Below are positions 1-10,022 of a stretch of 64,000 bases of DNA, in pieces. The notes beneath the pieces were generated by a model. It saw only the letters and a program-made list of their open reading frames with translations. It had not been told where the DNA came from and made no database searches. Made by a program: the position numbers and the translations under genes. Each line of letters opens with the position of its first letter. Position 1 is the first letter of the stretch. Source of the stretch: Bdellovibrionales bacterium (lineage in GTDB: Bacteria > Pseudomonadota > Alphaproteobacteria > JAIXQD01); contig JBFWRI010000009.1 in NCBI GenBank assembly GCA_050248995.1, positions 746 to 64,745 of the forward strand, written 5' to 3'.

Positions 1-161
1 TCATGGCCCCAGCGCATATCTTCGATATTGGGCTCAAGGAGCGTATCAAAGCAGGAATTACCGCCAGCCGTTTCGCCGCCCTCACTACGCGAACATCCAA
101 CAGCGCCGAAACTCATGACGGCCGCCGCCGCTAATACAAATAGTCTTTGTGGACCTGCCAT
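1..161 (-). CDS. 5' end of a putative lipoprotein gene that runs off the window start (ATG at 161..159, predicted N-terminus MAGPQRLFVLAAAAVMSFGAVGCSRSEG..., lipobox-like AVGC)
   Basis: Reverse-complement reading from 161 gives a hydrophobic signal peptide followed by Cys. The ORF stays open to position 1. It lies downstream of fliJ on the same strand. Confidence 0.3.
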   Translation of the reverse strand, partial: MAGPQRLFVLAAAAVMSFGAVGCSRSEGGETAGGNSCFDTLLEPNIEDMRWGH

Positions 162-226
162 GCCGCCATTAAACCAAACAGGGCTGAAAATATTGGTAAT
201 TTAAAAAATACCGCGAATACAGCCTG

Positions 227-643
227 TTATATGTCCTTTCGGGCACGAATGCCGGCAATCTCGTCGATTTCCAGCCGTTCATCGCGCGCTTCGCTGGCCG
301 CCACCTCGGCGTCGGATGCTTCCTTGGCCAGCTCGAATTTCTTCAACTCAGCAAAGCGTTCCTGCAACAATGCCCGCGCCTGTTCGATTTGTTTTTCAAA
401 TTCGGCGATCTGCTTTTTCAGTTCGGCTTCGCGGCGCAGGGCATACTGGATATAGTCCGGCCAGCGCTGCGCGGCTTCCGCATCATGTTGTGACACGTCT
501 TTTTCATGCGCCATTTCGGCCTGCAGCTGTTCCAATGCCGCTACCAGGCGGGCCTGTACAGCTTCCAGTTCGGCCACCACACGCCGCTGCGCATCCAGTT
601 CGTGCTGATGAACCTTAATCAGCGTGGCGAGGGTTTTGGTCAC
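227..643 (-). CDS. fliJ: flagellar export chaperone FliJ-like coiled-coil protein
   Basis: 138 aa, Glu/Ala/Gln-rich coiled-coil composition. Its start overlaps the fliI stop by 4 nt, the typical fliI-fliJ arrangement. Confidence 0.55.
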   Translation of the reverse strand: MTKTLATLIKVHQHELDAQRRVVAELEAVQARLVAALEQLQAEMAHEKDVSQHDAEAAQRWPDYIQYALRREAELKKQIAEFEKQIEQARALLQERFAELKKFELAKEASDAEVAASEARDERLEIDEIAGIRARKDI

Positions 644-2004
644 GGCTTCGGCATACCCAGAATATCGGCCAGTAGGTCATAGCCGTCTTTGAGCGTCGCA
701 TGCTCGGCGATAGGCTGGCGCAGGAAGTTTTCCAGTTTCTCGTAATACTGGATGGCTTCGTCCACCTGTGGGTCACTGCCGCGGCGGTATGCGCCAAGTC
801 GGATAAGCTCGGCCATGTTGTCATACGTCGCCAGCAGCATGCGGGCACGGTCCAGCAACGCATTCTGTTCTTTTGTATTGCAGTCGGGCAGCACGCGCGA
901 AATCGATTTTAGCACATTCACAGCCGGATAACGGCCGCGCTGGGCAATCTGGCGGTCCAGCACGATGTGCCCGTCCAGAATACCGCGTGCGGCGTCGGCA
1001 ATTGGCTCGTTATGGTCGTCACCGTCCACCAGAACGGTGAACAGGCCGGTGATGTACCCCTCGCCGCCGATGCCGGGGCCGGCGCGTTCCAGCAGGCGCG
1101 CCAGTTCGCTGAAGGTTGTGGGCGGATAACCCTTTGTGGTTGGCGGTTCGCCCGCGGAAAGGCCGATTTCGCGCTGTGCCATTGCAAAGCGCGTAATGCT
1201 GTCGATCATGCACAGCACATTCTTGCCTTGGCGACGGAAATGTTCAGCAACGGCCAGTGTTGTATACGCAGCCTGGCGGCGCAACAGCGGCGCTTCGTCA
1301 GAGGTCGCCACAACAACAACGCTGCGTGCAAGGCCTTCGGGGCCTAAATCATCTTGGATGAATTCCTGAACTTCGCGGCCGCGTTCACCGACAAGGCCGA
1401 TGATAATCACATCTGCCTGTGTGTAACGCGCGATCATTGACATCAGCACCGATTTACCGACACCCGACCCCGAGAAGATGCCCATACGCTGCCCGCGACA
1501 CATGGTCAGGAATGTATTCAGTGCTCGGATACCCAGATCCACCTTGCCCTGCACACGCTGGCGCTGCTGGGCAGGCGGCGGCGCAGCCCGCAGAGGTGAC
1601 GGGTCGACGCCTGTGGCCAATGGCCCCTTGCTATCAATCGGCTCGCCAAGTGCGTTAATAATCCGGCCCAGCCAAGCATTTGTAGGGTGCAGGGCGGGCT
1701 GAGCCGCCACCACGTCGACCCGGGCACCAAGACCGATGCCATCCACATTCCCGAAAGGCATCATCAGGGTATGGTTCTGGACCGTGGCACCGCCGGCAGC
1801 CTGCTTGAAGCCTACAACCTCGGCCGGTACCTTACGAAAACCACCCCGACCATCCTTCACATGGATGGCAGTGCGGCTGCCAACAGACAGGTAATTTTCA
1901 ACCCCAGCTACCTCAACCAAAAGACCAAGAACCCCAGCCACCCGGCCGTAAATAGTGCTATCAGAAAGCGCGGAAAGGTCGTCAACTACCTGATGTTGCT
2001 GCAT
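640..2004 (-). CDS. fliI: flagellum-specific ATP synthase FliI
   Basis: 454 aa. Walker A motif GSGVGKS, an F1/T3SS-ATPase-like core ([50 protein letters not shown]), and fliJ immediately downstream. Confidence 0.9.
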   Translation of the reverse strand: MQQHQVVDDLSALSDSTIYGRVAGVLGLLVEVAGVENYLSVGSRTAIHVKDGRGGFRKVPAEVVGFKQAAGGATVQNHTLMMPFGNVDGIGLGARVDVVAAQPALHPTNAWLGRIINALGEPIDSKGPLATGVDPSPLRAAPPPAQQRQRVQGKVDLGIRALNTFLTMCRGQRMGIFSGSGVGKSVLMSMIARYTQADVIIIGLVGERGREVQEFIQDDLGPEGLARSVVVVATSDEAPLLRRQAAYTTLAVAEHFRRQGKNVLCMIDSITRFAMAQREIGLSAGEPPTTKGYPPTTFSELARLLERAGPGIGGEGYITGLFTVLVDGDDHNEPIADAARGILDGHIVLDRQIAQRGRYPAVNVLKSISRVLPDCNTKEQNALLDRARMLLATYDNMAELIRLGAYRRGSDPQVDEAIQYYEKLENFLRQPIAEHATLKDGYDLLADILGMPKP

Positions 2005-2063
2005 AAACTACCGCCCCTTTAAAGTGGTCCCATCCCACTTATCCCCAGTATCCTATACCACTA

Positions 2064-2078
2064 TTAACACTTTGTTAA
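2064..2078. promoter_or_regulatory. CtrA-box-like motif TTAA-N7-TTAA (TTAACACTTTGTTAA), with a further TTAA half-site at 2083-2086, in the divergent fliI/ctrA intergenic region
   Basis: Exact match to the full CtrA binding-site architecture TTAA-N7-TTAA about 105 bp upstream of the ctrA ATG. CtrA autoregulates and controls flagellar genes in alphaproteobacteria. Confidence 0.45.
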
Positions 2079-2183
2079 GCCGTTAACCTTTATTGATATA
2101 AGGAAGGAAATTAAGTAAAGTAAAAGCCAGGGTAATAACCGTTAAGAGTGACGACCCAGTAAAACGAATCAGGGAGCCCCACC

Positions 2184-2891
2184 ATGCGCGTTTTAATTGT
2201 CGAAGATGATGCCTCGGTTGCCAAATCGATTGAGCTCATGCTCCAGGCAGAAGGCTTTATCGTCGACAGCACCGACCTTGGTGAAGACGGCCTCGAGATC
2301 GGCAAGCTGTATGACTACGATATCATCATCCTCGATCTGATGCTCCCCGACATTGATGGCTATGAAGTGCTGCGCCGCCTGCGTGCCGCGCGCGTATCAA
2401 CCCCCATCCTTATTCTTTCAGGTCTTTCGGAACTCGACAGCAAGATTAAAGGTCTTGGCATCGGTGCCGACGATTACCTGACGAAGCCGTTCGATCGCCG
2501 CGAACTGGTTGCACGTATTCACGCCATTATCCGCCGCAGCAAAGGCCACAGCGACAGCGTTATTCGCACAGGCAAGCTAACGGTTAACCTTGATACCCGT
2601 ACCGTTGAAGCTGATGGCAAGCCGGTCCACCTGACCGGTAAGGAATACGGTATCCTCGAGCTGCTGTCGCTGCGCAAGGGCACACCGCTGACCAAGGAAA
2701 TGTTCCTGAACCACCTGTACGGCGGTATGGACGAGCCTGAACTCAAGATCATCGACGTGTTCGTCTGCAAGCTGCGCAAGAAGCTGGCCCAGATGACGGG
2801 CGGCGACAGCTACATTGAAACGGTCTGGGGCCGTGGCTATGTGCTGCGTGACCCGGCCGAAGCCGGCAAGACCATCAGCGCCGGCGCCTAG
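2184..2891 (+). CDS. ctrA: cell-cycle master response regulator CtrA (OmpR family)
   Basis: 235 aa. Receiver domain MRVLIVEDD...[17 protein letters not shown]...[10 protein letters not shown] and a winged-helix C-terminus. From memory it is near-collinear with Caulobacter CtrA (MRVLLIEDD...[28 protein letters not shown]...). Confidence 0.88.
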   Translation: MRVLIVEDDASVAKSIELMLQAEGFIVDSTDLGEDGLEIGKLYDYDIIILDLMLPDIDGYEVLRRLRAARVSTPILILSGLSELDSKIKGLGIGADDYLTKPFDRRELVARIHAIIRRSKGHSDSVIRTGKLTVNLDTRTVEADGKPVHLTGKEYGILELLSLRKGTPLTKEMFLNHLYGGMDEPELKIIDVFVCKLRKKLAQMTGGDSYIETVWGRGYVLRDPAEAGKTISAGA

Positions 2892-2932
2892 GCTATTTTC
2901 GGCCACTGGCTTTCAAATAGCTGTAGTTCTAT

Positions 2933-3778
2933 TCAGCCGCCGGTAGCATACATCTTTGCTGCGCTGGCATTGTTCAGCACATAAATACCGCGCTGGCCTT
3001 CCACCGGCTTGAACTTTTCGGAAATACCTAACACGGTTTCAGCACCGCCCAGATACAGGACACCGTCAGGCGCCAACACGCTGGCGAGAGTCTCCAGAAC
3101 CTTGGTCTTTGTCGGCGCATCAAAATAAATCAGCACATTGCGGCAGAAGATCACATCAAAAACGCCGATAGGCCCCAGATCCGCCAACAGATTACCTTCA
3201 CGGAACTCGACCATCTTGCGCATCGATTCCTTGATCTGCCATTTCTCGCCGATTTTATCAAAATGCTTAATCAACAGATTAATTGGCAGTCCGCGCTGTA
3301 TTTCGAACTGTGAATAGATACCTTGTCGCGCCTTGTCGATTACTTCTTTCGAGATGTCGGTGCCAAGGATATCAATCTTCCAGCCTGCCATTTGCGGCGC
3401 TTCCTCATTAAGTAGCATCGCCAGCGAATAGGCTTCCTGCCCTGTCGAAGACGCCGCTGACCAGATACGCAGGTGCTTCTTGGTCTGACGCGCCTCACGC
3501 AGACGTGGCAGGATAAGATTGGTAAACTGGTCGAAAGGCGTTCTGTCACGCATAAACGACGTTTCGTTGGTCGTCATGGCATCAACAACTTCGCCAATCA
3601 GGCTTTCGTCCCGCTGGGTCCGCAATGCTGTTGCCAGGTCATCCAGCGTCTTCAGGCTCCACTTGCGTGCAACCGGCATCAGCCGCGATTCAAGCAGATA
3701 GGCCTTATCCTTGGTAATCACCAGGCCCGACCGCTGCTTCAGCAGCAACGCAATCATATCAAAGTCTTCTGCCTTCAT
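2933..3778 (-). CDS. cheR: chemotaxis protein methyltransferase CheR
   Basis: 281 aa with an N-terminal CheR all-alpha domain and a SAM-methyltransferase core (IWSAASSTGQEAYSLAMLL). Confidence 0.88.
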   Translation of the reverse strand: MKAEDFDMIALLLKQRSGLVITKDKAYLLESRLMPVARKWSLKTLDDLATALRTQRDESLIGEVVDAMTTNETSFMRDRTPFDQFTNLILPRLREARQTKKHLRIWSAASSTGQEAYSLAMLLNEEAPQMAGWKIDILGTDISKEVIDKARQGIYSQFEIQRGLPINLLIKHFDKIGEKWQIKESMRKMVEFREGNLLADLGPIGVFDVIFCRNVLIYFDAPTKTKVLETLASVLAPDGVLYLGGAETVLGISEKFKPVEGQRGIYVLNNASAAKMYATGG

Positions 3779-3787
3779 CCGTCTTCT

Positions 3788-4873
3788 CTAGTGCACCTGC
3801 ATAACCTGCTCGCGCAGCCATGGGCCAATGGTATTTAATGACATAATTGCATCGGCAAGGCCAGCTTTAGCCACAGCCGCCGGCATGCCCCACACAATGC
3901 TGGTCGCTTCATCCTGTGCGACAATGGTTCCCCCCGCATCTGCGATGCTTTGTGCACCCTTCATGCCGTCGTTGCCCATACCGGTCAGGATCGCGACTAC
4001 CACCCGCTTTCCATAAATCGCGGCAAGGCTGCGCAGCATGGGGTCAACAGCGGGGCGACAAAAATTCTCGGGCGCTTCCTGATTAAGTACAACGCGCACG
4101 CTGCCCGGCACACCCTCGAAAGTCATGTGATAATCACCCGGCGCCAGAAAAGCCTTTCCGGCTTCAAGTTTATCACCCGATCTCGCTTCCGTACACGGCA
4201 CACCGGCTTGGGATGTAATATGCTGCGCGAGAATGGTTGTAAACCGTGGCGGCATATGCTGGGTGATCACAATCGGCACCGGCACGTCTTTCAAAGATGC
4301 CAGCACGGAAAACAATGCCTGCGGGCCGCCCGTCGACGACCCGATAGCGATGATTTCCGGGCGCGCCGCCGGCACAGGGCGTGCAGCGGTCGCCTGCTTC
4401 GGCTGTGACCCGCCGCGTGACCCGCCGCCGCTCATCAGGCTTCGTGCCAGCGCGCCGTAAACTTTAACCTTGCTTGTCAGCTCACGTTTGAAGTCAACCG
4501 CCGCATGAAGTTTTTTAGTGTCGGGCTTTGGTATGTAATCCGCCGCCCCTAGTTCAAGCGCCCTGAACGACACTTCCGCATTCTCCAACGTCAGCGTTGA
4601 CGAGACAATGATTTTTACATGGGGATTGATTGCCAACAGCTTTGGCAAGGCCTCAAGCCCGTTCATAACGGGCATCTCGATATCCAGCACAACGACTTCG
4701 GCATCGCTTTTTGCCAGCGAATTCACGGCCATCTGGCCATCGGCGACAGAGGCGACAACCTTTATGTCCGCATCAACTTCCAGCGCACGCGCAACCAGAC
4801 CTCGGATGACGGCGCTGTCATCCACCACCATAACGCGGTAAGGGCCGGCACTGGAAGAAACACCCGAAGTCAT
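3788..4873 (-). CDS. cheB: chemotaxis methylesterase/response regulator CheB
   Basis: 361 aa. N-terminal receiver (VMVVDDSAVIRGLV...DIEMPVMNG) and a C-terminal methylesterase (IAIGSSTGGPQAL, GMGNDG). Confidence 0.88.
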   Translation of the reverse strand: MTSGVSSSAGPYRVMVVDDSAVIRGLVARALEVDADIKVVASVADGQMAVNSLAKSDAEVVVLDIEMPVMNGLEALPKLLAINPHVKIIVSSTLTLENAEVSFRALELGAADYIPKPDTKKLHAAVDFKRELTSKVKVYGALARSLMSGGGSRGGSQPKQATAARPVPAARPEIIAIGSSTGGPQALFSVLASLKDVPVPIVITQHMPPRFTTILAQHITSQAGVPCTEARSGDKLEAGKAFLAPGDYHMTFEGVPGSVRVVLNQEAPENFCRPAVDPMLRSLAAIYGKRVVVAILTGMGNDGMKGAQSIADAGGTIVAQDEATSIVWGMPAAVAKAGLADAIMSLNTIGPWLREQVMQVH

Positions 4874-4876
4874 TCC

Positions 4877-5242
4877 TTATAACAATCCTACCTGCATGAA
4901 CTTTGCCTGAACGATATCACCATCAAACGGCTTCATGATGTATTCGTTGGCACCGCTGGCGATCGCGTCTGTAATATGCGCAAGGTCGTTTTCTGTTGTA
5001 CAGAAAATGACAACGGGTTTATCGCCGCCCGGCATGGCCCGCAATTTACGTAGGAATTCCAGCCCGTTCATATTCGGCATATTCCAGTCCAGCAGAACAC
5101 CCTCGGGCATTTTGTTGGTGCAAAAAGCCAGGCCCTGGACGCCGTCTTCGGCTTCTTCGCAAGCGAAGCCAAGGTCTTCAAGGATTTTGCGGGCGACTTT
5201 GCGTACAACGCGGCTGTCATCAACAATAAGACACAGTTTCAT
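4877..5242 (-). CDS. cheY: CheY-like single-domain response regulator
   Basis: 121 aa receiver (LIVDDSRVVRK...LDWNMPNMNGLEFLRKLR...YIMKPF) with 4-nt overlaps to its neighbours. Confidence 0.85.
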   Translation of the reverse strand: MKLCLIVDDSRVVRKVARKILEDLGFACEEAEDGVQGLAFCTNKMPEGVLLDWNMPNMNGLEFLRKLRAMPGGDKPVVIFCTTENDLAHITDAIASGANEYIMKPFDGDIVQAKFMQVGLL

Positions 5243-5742
5243 GGGTTCTCCGCTTCTGTTTCTTCAGCCGCTACATCGGTAAAAGCCAGCAGCCTGTCTA
5301 TATCCAAAACAATCATTAACGATCCGTCCAGACGATAAATACCTTCCGCAACTTCACGCCAGCAGGCGTCCATGGTGGGCGGTGGCAGTTCAAAATCCTT
5401 GGTCGGCAAAGACAGCACATCCCCCACCTTATCAACAAGCAGGCTATAGGTCTCGTTATTATGCTGCACCACAACGTTCATCGACTTCTTGTCGGCGCGG
5501 GCAAGATTCAGGCGTGCGCGCACGTCGATTGCGGTAACGATCCGGCCCCGCAAGTTGAGAACCCCGGCAATTTCGGGCGGGGCAAGCGGCACATGGGTAA
5601 TGTGTTGCGGCTGCAGCACATCCTGCACCTGCAGCACCGGAATACCAAACGACTGTCCGGCAATAACCATCGACACCAGCTCGCGAGTTTCGTAATTAGC
5701 CAGCGCAACGGCCGTGCCAGTATATACTTTAGGCACCGTCAT
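5239..5742 (-). CDS. cheW: chemotaxis coupling protein CheW
   Basis: 167 aa CheW-like domain (FGIPVLQVQDVL...LNLRGRIVTAIDVR). Confidence 0.85.
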   Translation of the reverse strand: MTVPKVYTGTAVALANYETRELVSMVIAGQSFGIPVLQVQDVLQPQHITHVPLAPPEIAGVLNLRGRIVTAIDVRARLNLARADKKSMNVVVQHNNETYSLLVDKVGDVLSLPTKDFELPPPTMDACWREVAEGIYRLDGSLMIVLDIDRLLAFTDVAAEETEAENP

Positions 5743-8387
5743 TCGATAGCCCCCGGCATACGTGTATCATGCGCTGGTCCTGGTATCTGTCGCATGGCCT
5801 GCTGCAGGGCCGCCAGCAACGCTTCGCGATCGAACTTTGCCACGTAGTCTGTAAAACCTGATGCGCGGCCCCGCTCAAGGTCCTTCGGCGTAGCATGAGA
5901 CGATAAAGCGATCATCGGCACACTTTTCCAAATGTCGCCGGCACGCACGGCTTCGGCAAATTGGAAGCCATTCATCCCCGGCATCTCGATGTCACTGACA
6001 ATCAGGTCAAACTTTTCACCGGCTTCCATCATCTGCAGTGCCAGCTTTGGATCTTCGCAGGTAATAACCGTATAACCCGCTACTGCGAGCAGCGGCGACA
6101 GCAGATTCCGGAAGAACGGGCTGTCATCCACAAGCAGGATACGCTTTTCAACATCTTCTTCTACGGCGCCAGCATCGTTAAAGACGCCGGCCCGCATCTC
6201 GAACCAGTCTTTATGCGCCAGGCCAAGGTAGTGAGCGGCGTCGATCACATCGGTCGCCCTTCCGCCGATGATCGCACTGCCCATGATGCCAGGTCTGTCG
6301 CCAACGACTTCGACATGCAGGCGCTCTTCTACAACATCAAGCACCTGGTCAATAATCAGACCCATGCTGCGATCCCGGTCAGTAAAGACCAGCATACGCC
6401 GGACACCTTTCTTGCCAAACTTATACAATGGATCAAACGGCACCAACGGCATCAGCTGGCCGCGGTATTGAATCATCGGTTTGTCATTTGGGAATTCAAC
6501 GTTTGCCAGGTCAAACTCCTCGATGCGCGTCACCAGTGCCAGCGACACGGCGCGCGGCGCCATGCCAGAAGCCTTAAACAACAAGAATGCCATTTTATCC
6601 AGCGAACTCCGCGGCTTGCTTTCAAGTAGTGCCGTAGCATCATCCCTCATGTTCGCGCAATCGCCCGCCAACTCCGAAACACCGTTCGGATCAATAATCA
6701 GGATAACCCGGCCATCCCCCATAATTGTGTTGCCCGAAAACATGCCGCAAAGCCCCAGGATTGGCGCAACCGGCTTCACCACAATTTCCTCGGTGTCGAA
6801 CAGACGGTCAACAATGACGCCGAAGCGGTTATTGCCCACCTGCATAACAATCACGTAAACATTATCGGTTTTCTGCCCGCCCAGTTTTAACGCGGACTGC
6901 AATTGCACCAAGGGCAGCAGGCGGTTTCGTAAACGCAGCACCGGCGCGTTGTTCAGCATTTCAATCCGGTACTCGCCGCCCGGCACGACGCGCACCAGCT
7001 CGGTCACGGCCAGTTGCGGAATGGCAAAAGTCTCGCCTGCGCACTCTATGATCAGCGCATTGATGATCGCCAGCGTCAACGGGATCTTGATCGTAAAGGT
7101 CGATCCTTTGCCGGCTTCCGAGTAGAGGTCGATACTGCCGCCGATTTTTTCGATGTTGGCACGCACCACATCCATGCCAACCCCGCGCCCGGAAATCTCG
7201 GTCACCTGGCTGGCCGTGCTGAAACCCGGCACAAAAATGAACTTGCAGATCTGTTGGTCGGACATCCCCGCCAATTCGGCTTCGGTTGTCAGGCCCTTTT
7301 CAAGCGCCTTTTGTGCGATACGATCGACATTCAGCCCGCGCCCGTCATCTTTGATCTCAATGATGATATGTCCGCCCTGATGGTAGGATGACAGAAGAAT
7401 ACGACCTGTTTCCGGCTTGCCAGCCGCCACGCGGTCAGCGGGCATTTCAAGGCCATGGTCGGCGCTGTTGCGGATCATATGCAGCAGCGGATCGCGGATC
7501 AGCTCCAGCATCTGGCGATCCAGCTCTGCTTCCTGTCCTACCATCTCAAGATCGATTTTCTTGCCAAGATCACGCGCCAGATCACGGATAATACGCGGCA
7601 ACTTCTGCCATGCAGTGCCGATCGGCTGCATGCGCGTCTTCATCACACCTTCCTGCAGTTCGGATGTTACAAGGTTCAAGCGCTGCAAGGTTGAGGTTAA
7701 TTCAGTACGGCCATGCGTGCGGGCAATCTGCAGCAGCTGGTTGCGCGTCAGCACCAGCTCACTGACCGTATTCATAAGGCCTTCAAGCACATCAACCTGG
7801 ATGCGTATTGACTGGTCGGCCACGCTGACGGCACTGCTGCGCGCATCGGGCTCTGCCTTGGCGGGAACCGACGGCGCTGAAAGCGGCCTCATTGTATCGG
7901 CCGGCCCCGGTGTAGCTGCGAAAAGGGCCTCAAGCTCAGCCGAGTCCTGCGCTGGGGTTGCCGGGTCGCCGGGCGCCCGCGGCATTTCCACAACCGGCAG
8001 CGGTGCATCCCCGCCTGTTGCATGGCGGTTCAGGCGCTCGATCAGAGCGCTGTCGTCGCCTGCAGGCTCGGTGCCCCGCGCCTCGATTTCACTGACGAGA
8101 TATTTGATCTGGTCAACCGCGCCCAGAATCAGTGTGATGGCCTCGGGCGTCACAGCCAACTTTCCGTCACGAAATTTCCCCAATACGTTTTCGCCCGCAT
8201 GCGCTACTTTTTCCAGCCGTGGCAGGCCGATAAATCCACATGTGCCCTTGATCGTATGAACAACCCGAAAAATGCTGCCAAGCAACGCTGCGTCCGTCGG
8301 GCGCTGTTCCAGTTCGATTAGCTCCTGGTCGAGTTTTGCCAGACCTTCGCCGGTCTCGGTCAAAAACTCGCGCAGCAAATCATCCAT
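5739..8387 (-). CDS. cheA: chemotaxis histidine kinase CheA with a C-terminal receiver domain (CheA-REC hybrid)
   Basis: 882 aa. The Hpt P1 domain carries HTIKGTCGFIG. There is an HATPase core with HGLE, IEIKDDGRGLN and GRGVGMDVV, a CheW-like P5 domain, and a C-terminal receiver (ILLVDDSPFFRNLL...DIEMPGMNGFQF...ALSSHA). Confidence 0.9.
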   Translation of the reverse strand: MDDLLREFLTETGEGLAKLDQELIELEQRPTDAALLGSIFRVVHTIKGTCGFIGLPRLEKVAHAGENVLGKFRDGKLAVTPEAITLILGAVDQIKYLVSEIEARGTEPAGDDSALIERLNRHATGGDAPLPVVEMPRAPGDPATPAQDSAELEALFAATPGPADTMRPLSAPSVPAKAEPDARSSAVSVADQSIRIQVDVLEGLMNTVSELVLTRNQLLQIARTHGRTELTSTLQRLNLVTSELQEGVMKTRMQPIGTAWQKLPRIIRDLARDLGKKIDLEMVGQEAELDRQMLELIRDPLLHMIRNSADHGLEMPADRVAAGKPETGRILLSSYHQGGHIIIEIKDDGRGLNVDRIAQKALEKGLTTEAELAGMSDQQICKFIFVPGFSTASQVTEISGRGVGMDVVRANIEKIGGSIDLYSEAGKGSTFTIKIPLTLAIINALIIECAGETFAIPQLAVTELVRVVPGGEYRIEMLNNAPVLRLRNRLLPLVQLQSALKLGGQKTDNVYVIVMQVGNNRFGVIVDRLFDTEEIVVKPVAPILGLCGMFSGNTIMGDGRVILIIDPNGVSELAGDCANMRDDATALLESKPRSSLDKMAFLLFKASGMAPRAVSLALVTRIEEFDLANVEFPNDKPMIQYRGQLMPLVPFDPLYKFGKKGVRRMLVFTDRDRSMGLIIDQVLDVVEERLHVEVVGDRPGIMGSAIIGGRATDVIDAAHYLGLAHKDWFEMRAGVFNDAGAVEEDVEKRILLVDDSPFFRNLLSPLLAVAGYTVITCEDPKLALQMMEAGEKFDLIVSDIEMPGMNGFQFAEAVRAGDIWKSVPMIALSSHATPKDLERGRASGFTDYVAKFDREALLAALQQAMRQIPGPAHDTRMPGAIE

Positions 8388-8455
8388 AATCCAGACTCCA
8401 CTTGTGGTAGCTTCAGGATAGAAGCAACCGCCCCGCGCTTCGGCCGCATAAAGCC

Positions 8456-9097
8456 TTAGGTGCGAACCAGCGTAATCGTTACCGCGTCTTCCCCGGCCGC
8501 TTCGGCTGCAATCCTGAAGCCATAATATTCAGCCAGACGCGCGGTGATATAGGAATGAACGGTTTTACTGGTGATTTCATCAATATCTAGTGAATTGGCG
8601 ATGGCGGCTGTCAGATGGTCCGGCACATGCGCGCCGCGGCCTGTAATGCTGATGGTCACTTTCGGCGAGCCAGCTTCGCCTTCAACCTGGATGATGCCGC
8701 CATAGGCCAGAATTTCTTCGGCAATGATGCAGATGTTCAACAACAGTTTAAGCGCACCGCGATGTTCGGCGTATGCAGAAATCGGCGTCGTGGCCGGCCA
8801 GACTAGTTTTGACTTGCCACCTTCAAGATAATGTTCAGCCACCTGGCGTACATCATTCACCGACAAGCCGGACTCGCTGCCCGCACGGCCATACGCCAGG
8901 CGGAAACAGCGCAGACGGCGTGCAGCCTGCACTGCGCTTTTTGCAATCAGTTGCAGAGCGTCCCCTGTCGTATTACCGCCCACTTCCTCAATCAGTTCAA
9001 CGCCATTGTTGATGGCACCAACAGGGCTCACCAGGTCGTGGCACATACGTGAACTGAGAAGTTCCAGAATTCGGATATCGACTTGTAGATTTTCCAT
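8456..9097 (-). CDS. chpT: histidine phosphotransferase ChpT (CckA-ChpT-CtrA phosphorelay)
   Basis: 213 aa. The N-terminal segment RMCHDLVSPVGAINNGVELIEE...AKSAVQAARRLRCFRLAYG aligns from memory with Caulobacter ChpT (RLCHDFISPASAIVSGLDLLED...ASSARKLADLLQFTRVAFG), and the length matches ChpT (about 210-225 aa). Confidence 0.78.
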   Translation of the reverse strand: MENLQVDIRILELLSSRMCHDLVSPVGAINNGVELIEEVGGNTTGDALQLIAKSAVQAARRLRCFRLAYGRAGSESGLSVNDVRQVAEHYLEGGKSKLVWPATTPISAYAEHRGALKLLLNICIIAEEILAYGGIIQVEGEAGSPKVTISITGRGAHVPDHLTAAIANSLDIDEITSKTVHSYITARLAEYYGFRIAAEAAGEDAVTITLVRT

Positions 9098-9236
9098 AAC
9101 GCTTGCCCCTTAAACCTTGTTTGGACCGTGATTTCCGGCCTTCTTTTGAAGCCCGCCCTAGGCTAATTTGCCCCTTATTTGGCAAATGTTTAGTTAACGG
9201 GATGCTAAAACCGCAGAGCTATGTTAAGCATTCCCC

Positions 9237-10016
9237 ATGCCCTTTCAAGATACCAACACCCTCAAGCTAGGCCTTGTTGCAACGGAAAGCCCCGAAGCGC
9301 GCGATGCTGTGCGTGAATTCTGTGACCGTTACAATCCCGTTTCGAATGATGCCGCCGACGTGATTGTTGCGATTGGCGGTGACGGCACGATGCTGCAGGC
9401 CCTGCACATAGCCCTGCCACGGCGCCTGCCGGTCTATGGCATGAACCAAGGCTCAATCGGTTTCCTGCTGAACCCGTTCCAGCTGGATGGCCTGACCGAT
9501 CGCTTGCTGCGCGCGCAGGCCGTTACCATCAACCCGCTGCTGATGGAAGCGCATACCAAAACTCAGACGGTGACCGCCTATGCAATCAACGAAGTATCTC
9601 TGCTGCGTGAAACACGCCAGGCTGCGAAGCTTGGCATCACAGTGGATCGCCGCGAGCGTTTGCAGGAACTGATTTGCGACGGTGTGATCGTCGCAACGCC
9701 CGTCGGCAGTACAGCCTATAACCTGTCGGCGCATGGCCCCATCGTACCGCTGAACGCCAACGTGCTGGCGCTTACACCAATCAGTGCATTCCGTCCGCGC
9801 CGCTGGCGCGGTGCATTGCTGCCGCTCAATTCAAACATTCAGATCGAGATTAAAGAGCCAGACAAGCGCCCGGTGTCAGCCGTGGCTGACTTCACCGAGG
9901 TCCGCGATGTCACGAAGGTTTCAATCCGCACGGATATTGAGCATCCGCTCACGCTGCTGTTCGACCCGGAACGCCATCTGGCTGAGCGTATGCTGCAAGA
10001 GCAGTTTGAAGAATAA
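9237..10016 (+). CDS. nadK: NAD(+) kinase
   Basis: 259 aa with GGDGTML and the NADK C-terminal motifs (DGVIVATPVGSTAYNLSAHGPIV). Confidence 0.85.
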   Translation: MPFQDTNTLKLGLVATESPEARDAVREFCDRYNPVSNDAADVIVAIGGDGTMLQALHIALPRRLPVYGMNQGSIGFLLNPFQLDGLTDRLLRAQAVTINPLLMEAHTKTQTVTAYAINEVSLLRETRQAAKLGITVDRRERLQELICDGVIVATPVGSTAYNLSAHGPIVPLNANVLALTPISAFRPRRWRGALLPLNSNIQIEIKEPDKRPVSAVADFTEVRDVTKVSIRTDIEHPLTLLFDPERHLAERMLQEQFEE

Positions 10017-10022
10017 GCAGGC

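Noticed and set aside
147-455. 102-aa plus-strand ORF at the window start
   Set aside because: Antisense to fliJ and to the putative lipoprotein start. Ser/Ala/Arg-rich translation.
2892-2921. Inverted repeat GCTATTT-(15 nt)-AAATAGC between convergent ctrA and cheR
   Set aside because: A 7-bp AT-rich stem with a 15-nt loop and no clear U-run. It is too weak to call an intrinsic terminator, though it may help separate the convergent transcripts.
7014-8321. Multiple 100-280-aa plus-strand ORFs
   Set aside because: Antisense to cheA. No motifs and no RBS.
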